From Chrysomallon squamiferum (taxonomy: Eukaryota; Animalia; Mollusca), in NCBI GenBank assembly GCA_012295275.1, contig CM022676.1, positions 13,764,001-13,828,000 of the forward strand: a DNA stretch of 64,000 nucleotides, in the 5' to 3' direction. Shown in pieces: positions 26,404 through 40,955 of this stretch. The notes beneath the pieces are model-generated. The model worked only from the letters and a program-made list of their open reading frames with translations, was not told the origin of the DNA and did not search any database. Positions within the stretch are counted from its first letter, which is position 1; every line of letters begins with the position of its first letter. The position numbers were made by a program, and so were the translations under genes.

Positions 26404-27813
26404 GGTTTACTCCCATCTGGTAGAATCCCATTACGTCGAAAGGCTAAATGTGGTTCAGTGGTCTTATTGACATGCATGTCTTTACCTCAGTCATTATAAT
26501 GAACTGTTCCAGATTATTTGGAAAGCGATTATTATTATATAAATACAGTAATATCTCACTTTAACAACCTTTTTTTTTTTAACAAATTATATAAATAGAA
26601 ATTTAATAGTTAATTGCTTGAAATAAATGATATAATGCATGTTTTAAGTCTGTTTTTTGTTCGTGTTTTTGTTCATTCATGAGCTTCTCTCAGTTGTTGA
26701 TCAGCTGACACGTCATACGTGCATGTGATATTCTGATTTTCTTTTCTCTTCTGCTTCGATTTAGACTTAAACTCTTTTGTAATTTACCTTCCAGTATGTC
26801 AAAACGAATAACAGTATACCTGCAAATGCTGATAATAAAAAGAAACAGAAGACAATAACTTTAGAAACAAAATAGATTATCTTAAATGAAACCAAAACCC
26901 ACAAAGATGAACCCACAATGAGCAGCATATCATTATTTCTTAATGTATTTGTATAAATTGATTTGTAAATGATTTAGTGTTTTACTTAATATCTATAATC
27001 TATTAAATCAGTTATGTCTAAACTTCCATTTTATTTCTCCTTATTTCACCTTTTTTATGCCAAATTTCATCAGTGAGAAAGTAACCAGTTTTTAACCATA
27101 ATTCTGTGTAAATTAGTCTCCCGCTTAACAATACCTCACTTAACTATTGGAAATTTGGAACCAATTACATCTTTAATCTTGGCTATTATTGTAGTATGGA
27201 TATCGCTTACCATATAAAGTATGCAAATATGACAAATATCGAAATAATCTATGTATCAAATGTACTGAATGTAAATAATTAAAAAAGAAGGTATTCATCC
27301 AAAAGTATTCCCAATAATTTGGTCCTTCGTATAAACTTTTTCAGTCATAGCCAAAGTACTTGCAGGTCATAATATCTTTAGTATACATACTATTAATATA
27401 CTATGTCACATATATGATATGTGCACAATGTGAATATGTATGTGTGCATAACATAAATATGCCCAGTAGCATATGTCTTCAACATGTTTAAGCTGAATAT
27501 GGTTTAATTCGAACAGTTAATGATAAAGTAACATTCATATATTATATTTACTGAATATAAATGAATGTCTCGAATGTAAAATATATATTTTTTAAATTAT
27601 ATTGCTGAATAAAATTAGTTATTTATAATATTTTTGTCGTTTTCTTTTACAGAAGAATTAACAAAAAAATATCGTGCCGCTTTTTGCTTTTCTTTTTTTT
27701 CTTTTTCTTTTTCTTTTTTAATAGATAGATGAAATTGATGTAAAATTGTTTATTATTGGTCTGTTGTTTTGTAACGGAAAGCAAATGTTTATGAATTAGA
27801 AATGACCAGCTTA

Positions 27814-27853
<40 letters not shown>

Positions 27854-28101
27854 TTGATGATGATTATTATTATGATGATGATAATGAGGAGGAGGAAAAA
27901 ATTTACAACAAAAGTGAATGCTTATTCTACTTTCGGTTGATGGTACATAACTGATTTAGGAACAATGCGCTCTGCCTCTGAATGCTAGAAAGAAACCAGA
28001 TGTATGTACCAGGCCAAGTTCACTATATACAGAGGTAATCAGGTATTGCGGTAGATGAGTTTTTTCCTCGAAATGGGAATTCTACCAGATGGGAAGACAC
28101 C
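26404..28101. mobile_element. Old TIR element with nested Tigger-like relic (26546-27191), copy 2
   Basis: Duplicate of 9201-10909. Confidence 0.6.
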
Positions 28102-28520
28102 CTTTTGTCATACTAAAGTCCTGAAAGCAATGTGTTTGTAACTGAGCATGTTTTCTTTTTTCTTTTGTGTTGACAGCATTATATATTTTTTAATTTTCTG
28201 TTTCAGTGAGCTAATTTTTGTAAAAAAATAATTCATTAGTCATTTTCACATAATTCAAAACCACCCACCCAAAACCGAAACATTTTATTTGATGTATAAT
28301 AAAGAAAAATAGTTATAAAACAAAATGTTATTTGGAATAATTTGTGATTGTTTCAATGTTAATATAGGAATTTGTTAGTTTATTAATCTTGAATCACTGT
28401 TTAGAGAAATCCCTTTTTTTATTTTATTTTTTTTATTTTTTATTTATTTATTTATTTATCTTTTTTAGGAAAAAAATATTATTGCTTATATTTTTAGTTC
28501 TACTAATTTTTACATTTCAG

Positions 28521-28542
28521 CCAAGGGTGCTGAAAATGCTTT
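28521..28542 (+). CDS. Putative 22 nt micro-exon, copy 2
   Basis: Same sequence and splice sites as 11330-11351. Confidence 0.5.
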
Positions 28543-29601
28543 GTGAGTATTTTCCTTATTATTATTATTATTATTGTTATTAGTAGTAGTAGTAGTAGTA
28601 GTGGTAGTAGTAGTAAAAGGAGATGAGTAAAAAAGAAAAGGGAATTCCCCTGTTACTTTGTACTACTGCATTCTCTAGATGACTATAATAGACAGTTTTA
28701 ATGTTTGTATTTCAATAGTGATTATTTATATGCCACTCTAAATTCTTTTTTTCCTTGTGAGAAACATAGTTAAATTTGGTTATTTATTTATGCAGTCTTC
28801 ATTCAGGTATACCAGATATGTTTTTAGTTTTGATTATCATATTTATTAAATATGCTTGGGTCACTTACAAGGAAACATTTACATGCAGATAATGTGACAC
28901 AAACAGATAGCCTGAATTCTGCCTAACTATCCATTTAAAACCCCAACAAATTCCAGATCTGAAACAAAATATTGAACCTGAAAAATGAGAAATGATATTC
29001 ACAAATCAAAACTGACATACTTTTAATTTGAAACATTAATATTATGATAATTTAAAATGAAGTTCTATATGCTGTACTATATGTTGAGTTCTTACATGTA
29101 GTTTTTACAGAACAAAAATATTTTCTTCTAAAGTAACAAGTAAGATGTAAAAAAAAATAACACAAATATTCTATTAATTTTCCAATACATTTCCAAACCT
29201 TAGAAGTTAGTATAAAGAAATGGCCAAGCCTGCTTTTGTGCCCACCTCTTTAAGAGAATATTCAATAATTTTCATCACAACACATTTTATTATGATTTAA
29301 CTGTCTGACAGATGTTTTATTTTTATAATATTTAGTAAAGTATGTTATTTTCTTAATTTTATTGAAAGGCATGGTTTTAAAATTTTTGGTTTCTGTTTGT
29401 GAATTATTAATGGTGATTATAAAACATTTTTATTAATTGTTTTATATTTTAATTTCGTTTGTTTCTCTGTTTATTTCATGTGGATACTAATCCAGTATCA
29501 TGCATTCTTAATATTTTATGTAAGACAGATTAAGAGGGATAAAACATATGTATGTATGTATGGATAGACAGAAAAAAAAAACACACACATACATAATCAC
29601 A

Positions 29602-29632
<31 letters not shown>

Positions 29633-29909
29633 ATGTGTGGACAGAAATATTGGACATGTACTGGTACTAATACAAAATCCATAATTATTGTTAAAGTGAT
29701 CCAGGATTATTTTCTAATGGATTTCACAAAATTAAAATAAGTGCTGTGAATGAAGACTGATGTGTGTATGAAAGAATAATGGAAATGGAATCTATTTAAA
29801 TAAATTTATGCAGTTGCATCTTTTACTTCCTGTGATATGCACATGCATGATTAGTATTGAATGGAATGGGATATATATTTACATGCTTTCATATTGTGAA
29901 GACATTAAA

Positions 29910-29965
<56 letters not shown>

Positions 29966-30587
29966 TACATATATGTACGTGTGTATGTTAAAGGTTAAAT
30001 TTGAAGAACAATTGAAGTTTAAAAAATCTAGCATGTGTATGTGAAAAAAACACTCATAAACTCATATTATTTTAATACATTTACTAAAAACTTTTAGCTA
30101 TTTAGAATATATTGCAAGATATAATGATGATAAAAAATGGTAACAATAATAAAAAAATACAAAAAACTTAAATAGATATATCATCTTCATAGTTTTATAA
30201 ATCTACAGATAATTAATTTGAGTCCACTGTATAATAACTGATTATTTTCAAAATTCTTTTTTTTATTTATATTTTTTGTGATATATTGTCCAGTTTGGAA
30301 AAAGCTAAAATAAATTAAAATTTAAACAACATATCCTTACTTACATAGAAACTTTAGCATGTGTCTCTTAAATATTATACATACATTTATTTTTTTTAAA
30401 TTTGCTAACCCAATTTGCTAAATGCATCATTTGTGCAAACAATCCACATGTGAAGATTATTTGGAATCTTTATTGAAATAATTTTCAGACATGGATTTAA
30501 TGTGTAGTCTGTACAAATGTTGCTATGGAATTTTAGTACTTTGTCAAAACTGTAGAACATTATTAAAACAGGAAAATCCTGGAAACT

Positions 30588-31015
30588 ACTCATGGAGAGA
30601 GTGACAAACTTGTGTTTGCTACCACCAAGAACATGAATACCTATGCAATTCTGATGGCATTTTTGCTGTCAGCACCTTCAATACATCACCATGATTATTT
30701 GTATTTCTACAGATACTCGTCATAACAGTATTGCAACAAAGATGTTTTAGGGAGTCCAGATCCAGGTATGCTTAACCCACTGGGACAAAGTTCAGTGGAG
30801 GAAGATTCAGCATGTTTCAATTTTCCAGTACAAAGATGTGCAACTAGCGTCAAGGCTGTCCCATTCATACACCAGGGACCAGGTTGGGGATATTCTTTGC
30901 ATATAGTTCCCAGGCAGTACCCATGTAATTTACTGTTGGGTTTGAAATGAACTCTCCCAAACAAGTAATTTGAACATGTACTTGTACCCTGAACATTTTC
31001 TGTACCATCCCTTCG
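30588..31015 (+). pseudogene. MULE transposase fragment, copy 2
   Basis: Duplicate of 13540-13975. Confidence 0.68.
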
Positions 31016-31118
31016 TTTAACTTACACCAGTTGCTCCGATTCCCACCATCCCTCTCACAAATGCTGGGGAGATCACTGTATGTATATATATATAGCTGTA
31101 CATGTGTGTGTTTGTATG

Positions 31119-31179
<61 letters not shown>

Positions 31180-31206
31180 CCGTACATGTGTGTGTTTGTA
31201 TGTATA

Positions 31207-31413
31207 TACTGTGCTGAATAAATTTAACAGCTGCTATATGAAATGTAGACTACACGATTGGATGTTGAATTTATTTGTACACATTATTTCATTAATCCAG
31301 CATTTCTGAATATAGCCAGCAGTAACCTGTTGTCACGGTGTGAACATCGTTACTTTAATGTCAACTGAGGAAATGGAGGGGTACATTTACCAAAATGGTG
31401 AGATACTCAATAA

Positions 31414-31448
<35 letters not shown>

Positions 31449-32657
31449 ACTAGTGGCATTGATGAAAGCACTACATCGTTGTCTTATGCTTCTAACGAGA
31501 GCATTAATCTCAGGAACAGTAAATGTGTTCATAGCAATGGACATTAAGAACTTGAGAATGGTTTATGCATACCCTATAGCCCAGTAGGTCCCATGCATGC
31601 TCAGTTGGGAACAAGTCAGCAGATTTTGGTTGCCTGTTCAACACTTGGATGTGGATCCTCTCAGGAAGATTAGTGGCTAGCCTAGCAGTATGTCTAGAGT
31701 TGTCATGTTCAAACAGAAAGCCAGGAACCTGCTGCAGGAATGGAATGACTACTGGTGTATTGATCTCGTCACAGTAACATTGAGCAGTCATGTTCTCGTG
31801 AATGAAAACAAGATCTGCTTTACCTCTACTATGAATGCCGGCCTACACAATAACTTTACTGCCGCCATATCGGTCGTGCTGAATGACGTCTGTATTTCCC
31901 ATTCACCTCCATACATGATGCAAACCATCTGCAAACAGAACACAAAACCTGGATTCCTCTGTGAATAATGTCTGATTCAGTGTTGGTTTATTCTGGCCCA
32001 TCTCAAACGTTCCTGAACTTGACGCGCTGTCAGGGGAACGGCTACAACAGGGCGACCTGCTTGTAATCCAGCAGCGTGGAGATGGCTACAGACAGTTTCA
32101 GCATGAATTCTAGTGCCTGTGGTTTGCTGCAAAGTATGAGCCAAACATGGAGCATTTTTGAACTGTGACATAGATATGACATGACTGAATACCTGTCTTT
32201 CCTTGGAGTAGTTAATCGTGGTCTACCAGAACGAGGTTGATTTAGCATTTGCCCAGTTTAGTGTATGTGTTGTCGGAGTTGCGATGTGGTACTGTCATGA
32301 ACACGAAAGTACTGAGAGACATCGTGTCCATTTTGACCGGCATTAAGCCGTCCTATTGCTTCATGATTTGCCGTTAAGCCTGGACATTATAACAGGATAC
32401 ATTTTTCCTTTTGTTTTTGGATAATGTTGGCTGAGTGCATACAAATGTGATTTCAGTGCATCTGTATTGCACACACTTCTGTGACAGCATGTGGACTAGG
32501 CATAGCGGTGTGCGATATGACAAATGGTGTTCTTTTAATTAACGAAAGCGACAGGGCATTCACATCTAACATATTACCAACTTTTATAATTGCATTTTAA
32601 TTTATTTGGAAGCAACAGCATTTACATAAACTTGCTAAACCTTTTTGGTTAAGTATA
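31207..32657 (-). mobile_element. Degraded Tc1-family transposon, copy 2
   Basis: ORFs 31510-31791, 31977-32171 and 32042-32248 carry Tc1 motifs. Confidence 0.85.
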
Positions 32658-34322
32658 CATATATATACATACATACATATATACATATACACATATACAA
32701 ATACTAATGCATAATGTGTATTACGAGGTAATCCCACAGTTGAGTTTTGTTTTAACTGAAATTTATAAAATTAACAGCCCCTGAAAAATATAATTATTAA
32801 AAATATCAAATAATTGTGAAGGTCAAACAGATCTGATTCAAAAAAAATTCTTGTCTTGTTTTTTTTTCTTTTTTTTTTCTTTTGGCTCAATTTGATTCAT
32901 GATAAACCTCTGAAATGAAAATGCAATATATTTATGTCTTAAATAACTGATTGGTATAGATCTTGTGTGAAAATATTCTTTCCGATATTATTTTCAGCAG
33001 ATAAGATAGAAGTATACATTATATAAGTTCATGAAACGAGGATGAAATTATATGTCGTCTTATAGATAATATAGAATAATCAAATATCTTTTACAAAAGC
33101 GACAAACACTTCAGTAAACTCTTCATTTTGTATCTATCTTATTCTCAATCATTTTAACAGGTGATTCAAATTTGATATTTGTGGCCAAAGTGGGCTGAAC
33201 CACCAGTTTTCAGACCGACATATCTCAATAAACAGCAGTCTGTTATAATTGATGGAAAGGTAATTCCTTACCAAATCCAAATTTGTGATTACTTTTAGCA
33301 TTGGAGGTCAAATGTTCATAACCTTACTCTTCATAAGTAAGCTCTAGCTTCCTTTTTTAAAGTTTCTGTCGCAACAGCAATTGTCTTTTTCCGTTAACTT
33401 TGATTTTTTTACTAAAAAATAGACAGGGATTTCAGTTTTATTAGCTTTTCGTTTGCAAACAAGATATAAACTTGAATACGACTTTTCTGTTAAAATTTGA
33501 AATGTACTTTCATTGCTTGTGTCATCCATCAGTTTCTTCTCAATATTCTTTTCAGTAAGTTTAATTAGTCCGATAAGGATCCATGTATGCATATATGTAC
33601 ACACATGTATAATCGTTATAGAAGTATAGTGCCTGAATAATTTCTCTCAACAATCACATAACGGTTATACAAGGATAAGAGCAAACACACACACACACAC
33701 TGACACAAACACGCACACACACTGACACAAACACGCACACACACACACACACACGCACACACACACATACACAATATATAAGTAGTTACACAGGTCCAGT
33801 CTGAACACTTATTGAATGTTCTGTAGACAGCGACCGTTCCACTGGAATCGTTCCACAGTTCCCCTAAACAAATATGAAAAAAATAAAATTGAAAAGAAAA
33901 CTCCGTTGTTTTATTCAAAACGTTGTCTGTCTAATTCAAAAAGCTAACTCGAGTTATCTGTCAAAGTGGTTTTAACCTTGCTGCTAGATGTCTGCCGCCA
34001 GATCATTCTGCCAAACAAAAGCTCGTAAAACCAATTGCTCCGGAGGTGATAATTAATTCCACTTCAAAGGGAAGTAACGACTTTTAACTGATTAGGCAGA
34101 CCGAATCACCAACCATATAACAAGTTACATTTTACAGGCAGAAGATGTAAACATTCTTATGCCACTAGCTGCTACGCTAATATTTGTGTATATTCATACA
34201 TAGGTAAACTCTTGCGTATACTTACATACACATACAAATGCAATTTATCCATGATATCCGTGTTTACCTTTATCACAGACAAAAAGTTAAATATTTTCTT
34301 CAGACATTTTTATTTAGATTTC

Positions 34323-34362
<40 letters not shown>

Positions 34363-36728
34363 GTTACTGGTGCAGTATTGGTACAAAAAAACGTTTAGTA
34401 ATATAATTAAGAACCTCTAGCGTTATTTGGAAAGTCTTGAGAGGAAATGAACACAGAAAAACAAAAAGTACAATAGATTCATTTCTATGTGTGACAAAAC
34501 GGGCAGCGATGTCTTCAGTATTGTAAATAGATGAAAACAAGAAAGTATAAACACTGACAAATAAAAAACCAATGAAAATGTTTATAACAAAAATTTAATT
34601 GGCAAATATAGCTGTAATTATTACATTGTTTTATATATATATATATAATTAGTCTTGAAATACATGTCTACTACTGTTGCCATGAACACCTAATATATGT
34701 ACATCATCTACATTACATGTTTCGTCCACAAATATAACATTAAAGAATCTGAAATGAGTTATTTAATACACTTTCGAAAACTAAAAGTAAAAATAAATAT
34801 ACTAATTAATTATTTTATATATCATTTGTTTGTTCTTACTTTATAATTAATTTGTATATTTATTTTTACTTTTTTATTCTTTTTACTTTTAATTATATAT
34901 TTAATAAGAAAAAAATGTTGTCTTGTTTTATTTATTTATTTTTTGAATTCCTTCAGAATCAGTGATATCAATAATTTGTCTTTGTCAGAATTCAGTGTCA
35001 GATCAGCCCAGAGCTGTTAATGGTATCAACTTGAAATCTATCACTGCAACCCGTCGATTCCTGTCTACAAACTGTAGCATGCGCTAAGTAAACCTCTTCT
35101 CCTTTCTCTGTCTTTCTAAATTTTACCTCCATGTTGTTTGTTGACTGATGCTCTTCTACCTCTGATGTCAAAACACACACTCTAGTTCTTGGTTCCAGCC
35201 AAATAGCTGTAAACCCTAAGTTTACAGCACAAACCTAAACGACTTGATAACCAAGTTGACTAACAGGTTAAACAGTAGTTAGATTAATTCATAGTTTACA
35301 GTTTTGTTTTTTTCAGAGTCCACTGTGTAATGAAAGGTTCACCTGGCCTTTGAGACTGAAATCTGGGTGACTTTCTAGAATTTTCTACATTATTTCAGCT
35401 GCAGTCTTTATGCTGAGAGTCTGAACAAACACAAAGATCCCTGTAAAACCAGGAATAGCACATTATTTAAACATCTTTACATGACCAAGTCCTTGATTAT
35501 GATCTAAAACTTTATCAACATAACCACTTTTAAACAAACATGTTAATAAAGTTATAACAAAACATTTGCCAGTACCATGACTACTTATAACTTTGTATTT
35601 AAAAACTAACAATATCCTTTTTTGGAACTAATTATAACTCTATACTTAACAACTTAACATGTCAATAATGAAGTGTAATAATACAGTGTTATTAACTGTT
35701 TATACTTTGTACTTAATAAATCATACACAGCAATATATAGGCAAATTTCTTTTCAGAACATTTTACAATGACACAAAATAGTAATAAAATAGTCTTTATT
35801 TAAATGTTCAAACTATTTCAAATGGTAAAATTCGTATAATTACATTACCTAGTAGCATTTGCTGACAAAGATAGGAGTGATGACATCGGCAACAACATCA
35901 CACAACAACAACACCAATGTGAAATCTTTTAGACCAATGGCATGTTGAAGTATATTTGCACATTGAGAATTCTAAAATAGTAAATATTATTTAAAAATAA
36001 ATAAAAACATTAGTATATTTATTTACAAATGGTAAAATGTTGAAGTGTGTGTGGATATTGAGAATTCTGCAATAGTAAATATTGCAGTTATTTTGTTCTT
36101 GATGTATAATCATGTGATGGCAAGCTGACAAACTATACAGAGATCAGTGTTTCCAAATTATTTAAAAATATATTTTTACATTTATCATTATTTTATTTTA
36201 TTTTTTGGATATGTTTATATTTCATCATTTCTAAATAAAAAATAATTTAACTAGTTTTATCTTGCTATAATGTCAGGTAAAATGTATGGACACTGATCAA
36301 ATAAAATAAAGAATCATTAATTTAAAACTATTATAAAAATGGAAACATTATTTTTAGCATGATTCATTAATCATATAATATTATTTAATAAATTAAACAG
36401 TCTGAGATAAAATAATGATTAGAATTACTATTATAATTTCATCTTTAAAGAATTATTCATAAAGAAATTATTTATTTGATTCTTATTTGATTTTCATAGT
36501 TAAACCACTATAACTGTATATTACCTTGCTGATAAAACTGACATTACATTTTGACCTCAATAGGGCCTCCTTCACTTTCTGATCTCTGATCTCTAGAACA
36601 CCATAAATCAAATACTGAAAGTAAAATTTGGAATTAAAATAATAATAATAATAATAATAATAGTAATGATAATAATAATAATAATAATAACAGTAATAAT
36701 AATAATAATAATAGTAATGATAATAGTA

Positions 36729-36759
<31 letters not shown>

Positions 36760-37389
36760 AAATAACAATTATAATAATACTACTAACAATAATAGTAATA
36801 ATGTGTGTGAGTGTGAATGTGTATGTATATAAAAGATTGTCAGTTATAAAAAAATAATAACATCAACAATAAAGAAAGAACCTGTGAAACAAATGAGATA
36901 AGTAAGTAGCTAAATAAGTACATGCATAGCAATGAATGAAATAAGAAAATAAGCAGAAAACAAAATAAATAAGACAGTATATTAAGTAAATATTTTAAAA
37001 TGTATGTATATATAAATACCCACAATGCATCAGTTTTTATTTCAGACAGCAGATGCAGATTTCTTTTTTAAATTAGCAATATATTGAAAATTGTATTTTT
37101 AAAATTATTTTATCTTTCAATAATCAGTATTTAGTTTAATCAAGGTGGAAAAATAGTCAAATATAAATCACGTAAACACAAAATCACTGCCACAAACAAA
37201 TACTGATTATGTATACTGATCAGTATACTGCTAAATGTTAACATTCTCATTCTACATGTGTCAGTTTTAAATATCATTTAGTATTCACAGTTACTTACCT
37301 CAAACAATGGAAATCAAATACAAATATGAGTATTCAAGATTAAGTAATGAATATTAATGTTATGAAAATGAGTACAGGGCAGGACTTAC

Positions 37390-39637
37390 AGGGTCTGGAG
37401 ATTCACAAACTGCTGATGTCTGCCTGGTTTGTTCACCTCTCACTCAATTCATCATCTTCATCAACATCGGCTGCAGTGTCGATAGCCAGTAACTGTAATC
37501 ATTCTGCGATGTTGTGCCGTACACATTGTTGATGTTGCAGAACATAAAAACATGGTTGTAACTCTTCTGAAACAGCTGACAGCATTACCTGCAGTGTAAT
37601 GTTTATTTGTTTAATGCTAGAACAGTTTTTCTGTTTGTTTGTAAAACTTTAACAATCTTCTCATTCAGTAAATTTATATCCTGAGAAAAGAAAAAATTTT
37701 AAAAACAGTTTAAAGGAAAATACATTTTAAATATTTGTATTTATTTATTTAATCTTCTCTTCAGTTTTTATATTAGAACATGAAACTAAGTCATAAGTTG
37801 AATAACTTAAGACAGCTCAATAGAAAGAAAAAATGTTTCATTCAGTCAACTACACAAATCCTGCCCATGTGCTCTGGAGTTGTCAATGATATAAAGAAGT
37901 GAGTAGTCAACTACACAAATCCTGTCCATGTGCTCTGGAGTTGTCAATGATATAAACAAGTGAGTAGTCAACTACACAAATCCTGTCCATGTGCTCTGGA
38001 GTTGTCAATGATATAAACAAGTGAGTAGTCAACTACACAAATCCTGTACATGTGCTCTGGAGTTATCAATGATATAAACAAGTGAGTAGTCAACTACACA
38101 AATCCTGTACATGTGCTCTGGAGTTATCAATGATATAAACAAGTGAGCAGTCAACTACACAAATCCTGTACATGTGCTCTGGAGTTGTCAATGTGATAAA
38201 CAAGTGAGTAGTCAACCTACATCTTGTATGTTCCTGCAGTTTTCTAATCTACACACCTAGTGAAACAAGAAACCAGAATCTGGATTAGCAGAAACATCAG
38301 GAAATCTGATAGACTAGGAACACCATCATTACTATGAAGGCTTTGAACACCAAGTGGCACAGGATCTCCATGGATACCAGCTTCTCTTGTGTAACCAGCT
38401 TCACCTTTTCTACCTGAAAAAAATGTCACAACCTGTACCAGAGAGAAATACAATTTTATTATTCACATATTAATTAACTGAGTAGTTTTATAATAGTTTT
38501 TATTAGTCTGTTACTTGTACAACACATGTTGTTTGTCTAGGTTAAACAATGTTAAAGTGAAGTTCTCTGTTAGACCAGACTTTTATTTGGTAACTGTTAG
38601 TTTTTCTATGGGTTTCTTTTCTCAAATCTAAACATGAAATATGAATTATAACCTGAAAATTTATAAATAAAAATGGTGTTAAGTTGATTTTGTTTTGTCA
38701 CGTAACAGACAGTGATACAGATTAGAACTATTAATGAAGTTCCAGTGTCACTTCTTGGGCCACAGAAATAGTCAAAACTCATATTTAAATAATCAAAAAG
38801 TTTTATTTTCAGTGCTTTCAATATAACATTCCTTTTTTTCTTTGTCTATAAAATTTGTGTAGTGTTTGAAGATTACCATTAAAAACTATAAATAATAAAA
38901 CATAAAAAGACATAGCTGTTTAATACATATCTGGTTCACCTGTTTAAAACTGTGAAACAATAAAATATACATTTTGTTTAAAAGTGAAAAAATAAATATA
39001 AATTTCATTTAACATTTTAAAGGACAATGCTGTCTTCGGATATAAAACATGTTACAGTTTGGTAAATGCTGGAAACTAATAGTATTAGTAGTAGCATTAG
39101 AAAACTGATAACTATCTATAATTTCTGTCAGTTCTGGTTATTTGTTTATTTCATATAATATGATATATCTTGTTGCTGAGGGAAACCAGATTTCCCTTGG
39201 GCACCTTTAAGACCAGGTAATCCATTAACACCTGGATCTCCATGCTTACCTCTTTCACCTGGAAATGATGTTCTATCTGGAACACAAGATGTTCCTGGAT
39301 CAACATGACATTTTCAAAATTAAAACAAATATATATTTTTGTTTTGAGGTCCAGATGGATTTCCTGGGATAAAGATTAGGTATGAATTAATTTAAATATT
39401 TAAAGCAGTTAGGATTGTTTCATTTGATTTCATTCATTGTATTTTATTGTTTCCAATAAGACAACAAGGAATAATTTTAAAAAGCCAGTACCTGCTGAAA
39501 GTGTGAGTAGCTGGATGTAAATGAAGATTTTATAACAAAGCTGGGATTCTTCCTCCAGTTTGTTCAGACTGTAGTCAGCTGATCTTTGACCAGAAATCTT
39601 CAGAGTCAGGTAGACTTATAGTGTCTCACACCAGAGA
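37390..39637 (-). pseudogene. Type IV collagen 3' pseudogene fragment (Gly-X-Y exons plus NC1), copy A
   Basis: ~39300-39170: PGERGKHGDPGVNGLPGLKGAQGKSGFP. 38432-38159: GRKGEAG...GIHGDP, then SGFLF and DYSL...DNSRAHVQDL. 37588-37390: [22 protein letters not shown]...[15 protein letters not shown]...AVCESP. These match NC1 signatures RAHGQDLG and [10 protein letters not shown]. Stops and frameshifts present. Confidence 0.88.
37845..38216. repeat. Minisatellite, 6 x 61 bp
   Basis: gtcaac recurs at 37845, 37906, 37967, 38028, 38089, 38150 and 38211. Confidence 0.97.
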
Positions 39638-40396
39638 ACTGTGTGAAATAACTAAAATATATAATATACTGAAATTTATAAAAGATGTATAGTGAACTTA
39701 TCAAAGTTAATTATTTGTGAATAAAAAACATGACCCAAAAGATGTTAAATGTTTATCATTGATAATAACAATAATAAAATTAACATAATAATGATGATCA
39801 TAGTAATAAAAATAAATGAGTAAATAATACTAAGAACTAAACTAAAAAATAACAGTCATAATAAAACAGGAGTGGAATAAAGGGTTTTCACAATTTTATG
39901 TATTTATTTTTCATTACTTTCACCATGTTTTCAATATATATTAGAATAATTAATTAATGCATAAATATATTTAATTTCTTATCAATATTATAAAACTTTT
40001 AACCAGAGGAACATGCTTTAAACTCTTGTTTTTTTTTTTCAGGCAAACCTCAGTTGTTTCTTTTCTAATAAAAAGAAGAATGCCAAAAGAGAAAACTAAA
40101 ATTATACCTGATCAGTCTTTGAAGCTTAATTTTAAAACAACATTTAAAATAATTAATAAATAAACCATATATCTATGATAATGAAGGAATGTCATTTTTA
40201 TTAATTAAAAATAATTATAAATTTAAAAAAGAAAGATATCTACCTCTGAATGATTTTCCAGTTTAAAAAGAGGTGACATCATTATAAAGGAGTAAATACT
40301 AAATTGTAAAAAAGAAAAGTGGAACGCCTGCAGATTTTATAGTGCAAAGTCATTGATTTTCTTATTTTTCTCACCTGCTAAACTTTATTTACTGTC

Positions 40397-40955
40397 TATG
40401 ACTAATTTTGCTTCCGTGAGTCCCATGATTCAAAGGGAATGATTTGAAAATACTGTCTGCATCTGAGACTAACTCTACAGTTTGGAGGGAGTATCGATAT
40501 ACTGCTATTGCACAGGGTAAGAATTCATTTGAATAATGTGTAATTTGTTTAACAGATTAAGTGATATTTACCATAATCTGTTCTCAAGCATTTATAAAGG
40601 AGTAAATATCATTTTAATGATATAGTTTTATTTCTTACATTAATTGATTTTATATTACAAAGTGCATTTATTTGTTATTTTAACTTTTCTTTTCATATTT
40701 ATTTTTAAGAAAAAGCTAACTGTGTTCTTTAGGGTTACTTGTCAGTTTTATGTCACTGAAACTGATTTTTAATCCTGTTTAGGTCATCATTTATCAGTCT
40801 GTATAAAATACATGTTCCTTTTATTGTCTCAAAACAGATCTGTGCTGGCAATGCAAACAGTGAGAGGATACAACAAACTGCCAGTCTTGCTGCAGAAGAG
40901 GAAATGACAATGTTTTGAAAGCAATTTGAGTATCTACAGACAGTGGAAGCTGAAA
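40397..40955 (+). pseudogene. Partial spliced transposase-like relic (Sola-like), copy A
   Basis: FKGNDLKILSASETNSTVWR, gg|gtaaga donor, KTDLCWQC...AEEE...EYLQTVEAE. Confidence 0.5.

Larger units (their letters stand above)
22694..33568 (+). repeat. ~11 kb direct duplication, copy 2
   Basis: Starts right after the gap, inside the LINE. Colinear with 5485-16763. Confidence 0.95.

Noticed and set aside
33788-33860. Possible small minus-strand exon
   Set aside because: Splice-like sites but a weak donor, no homology, and no partner exons.
34998-35180. 60 aa minus-strand ORF
   Set aside because: Short, non-ATG start, no recognisable motif.
37845-38216. CRISPR-like appearance of the 61 bp and 69 bp arrays
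   Set aside because: Units are repeated whole with no unique spacers, the context is eukaryotic, and there are no cas genes.
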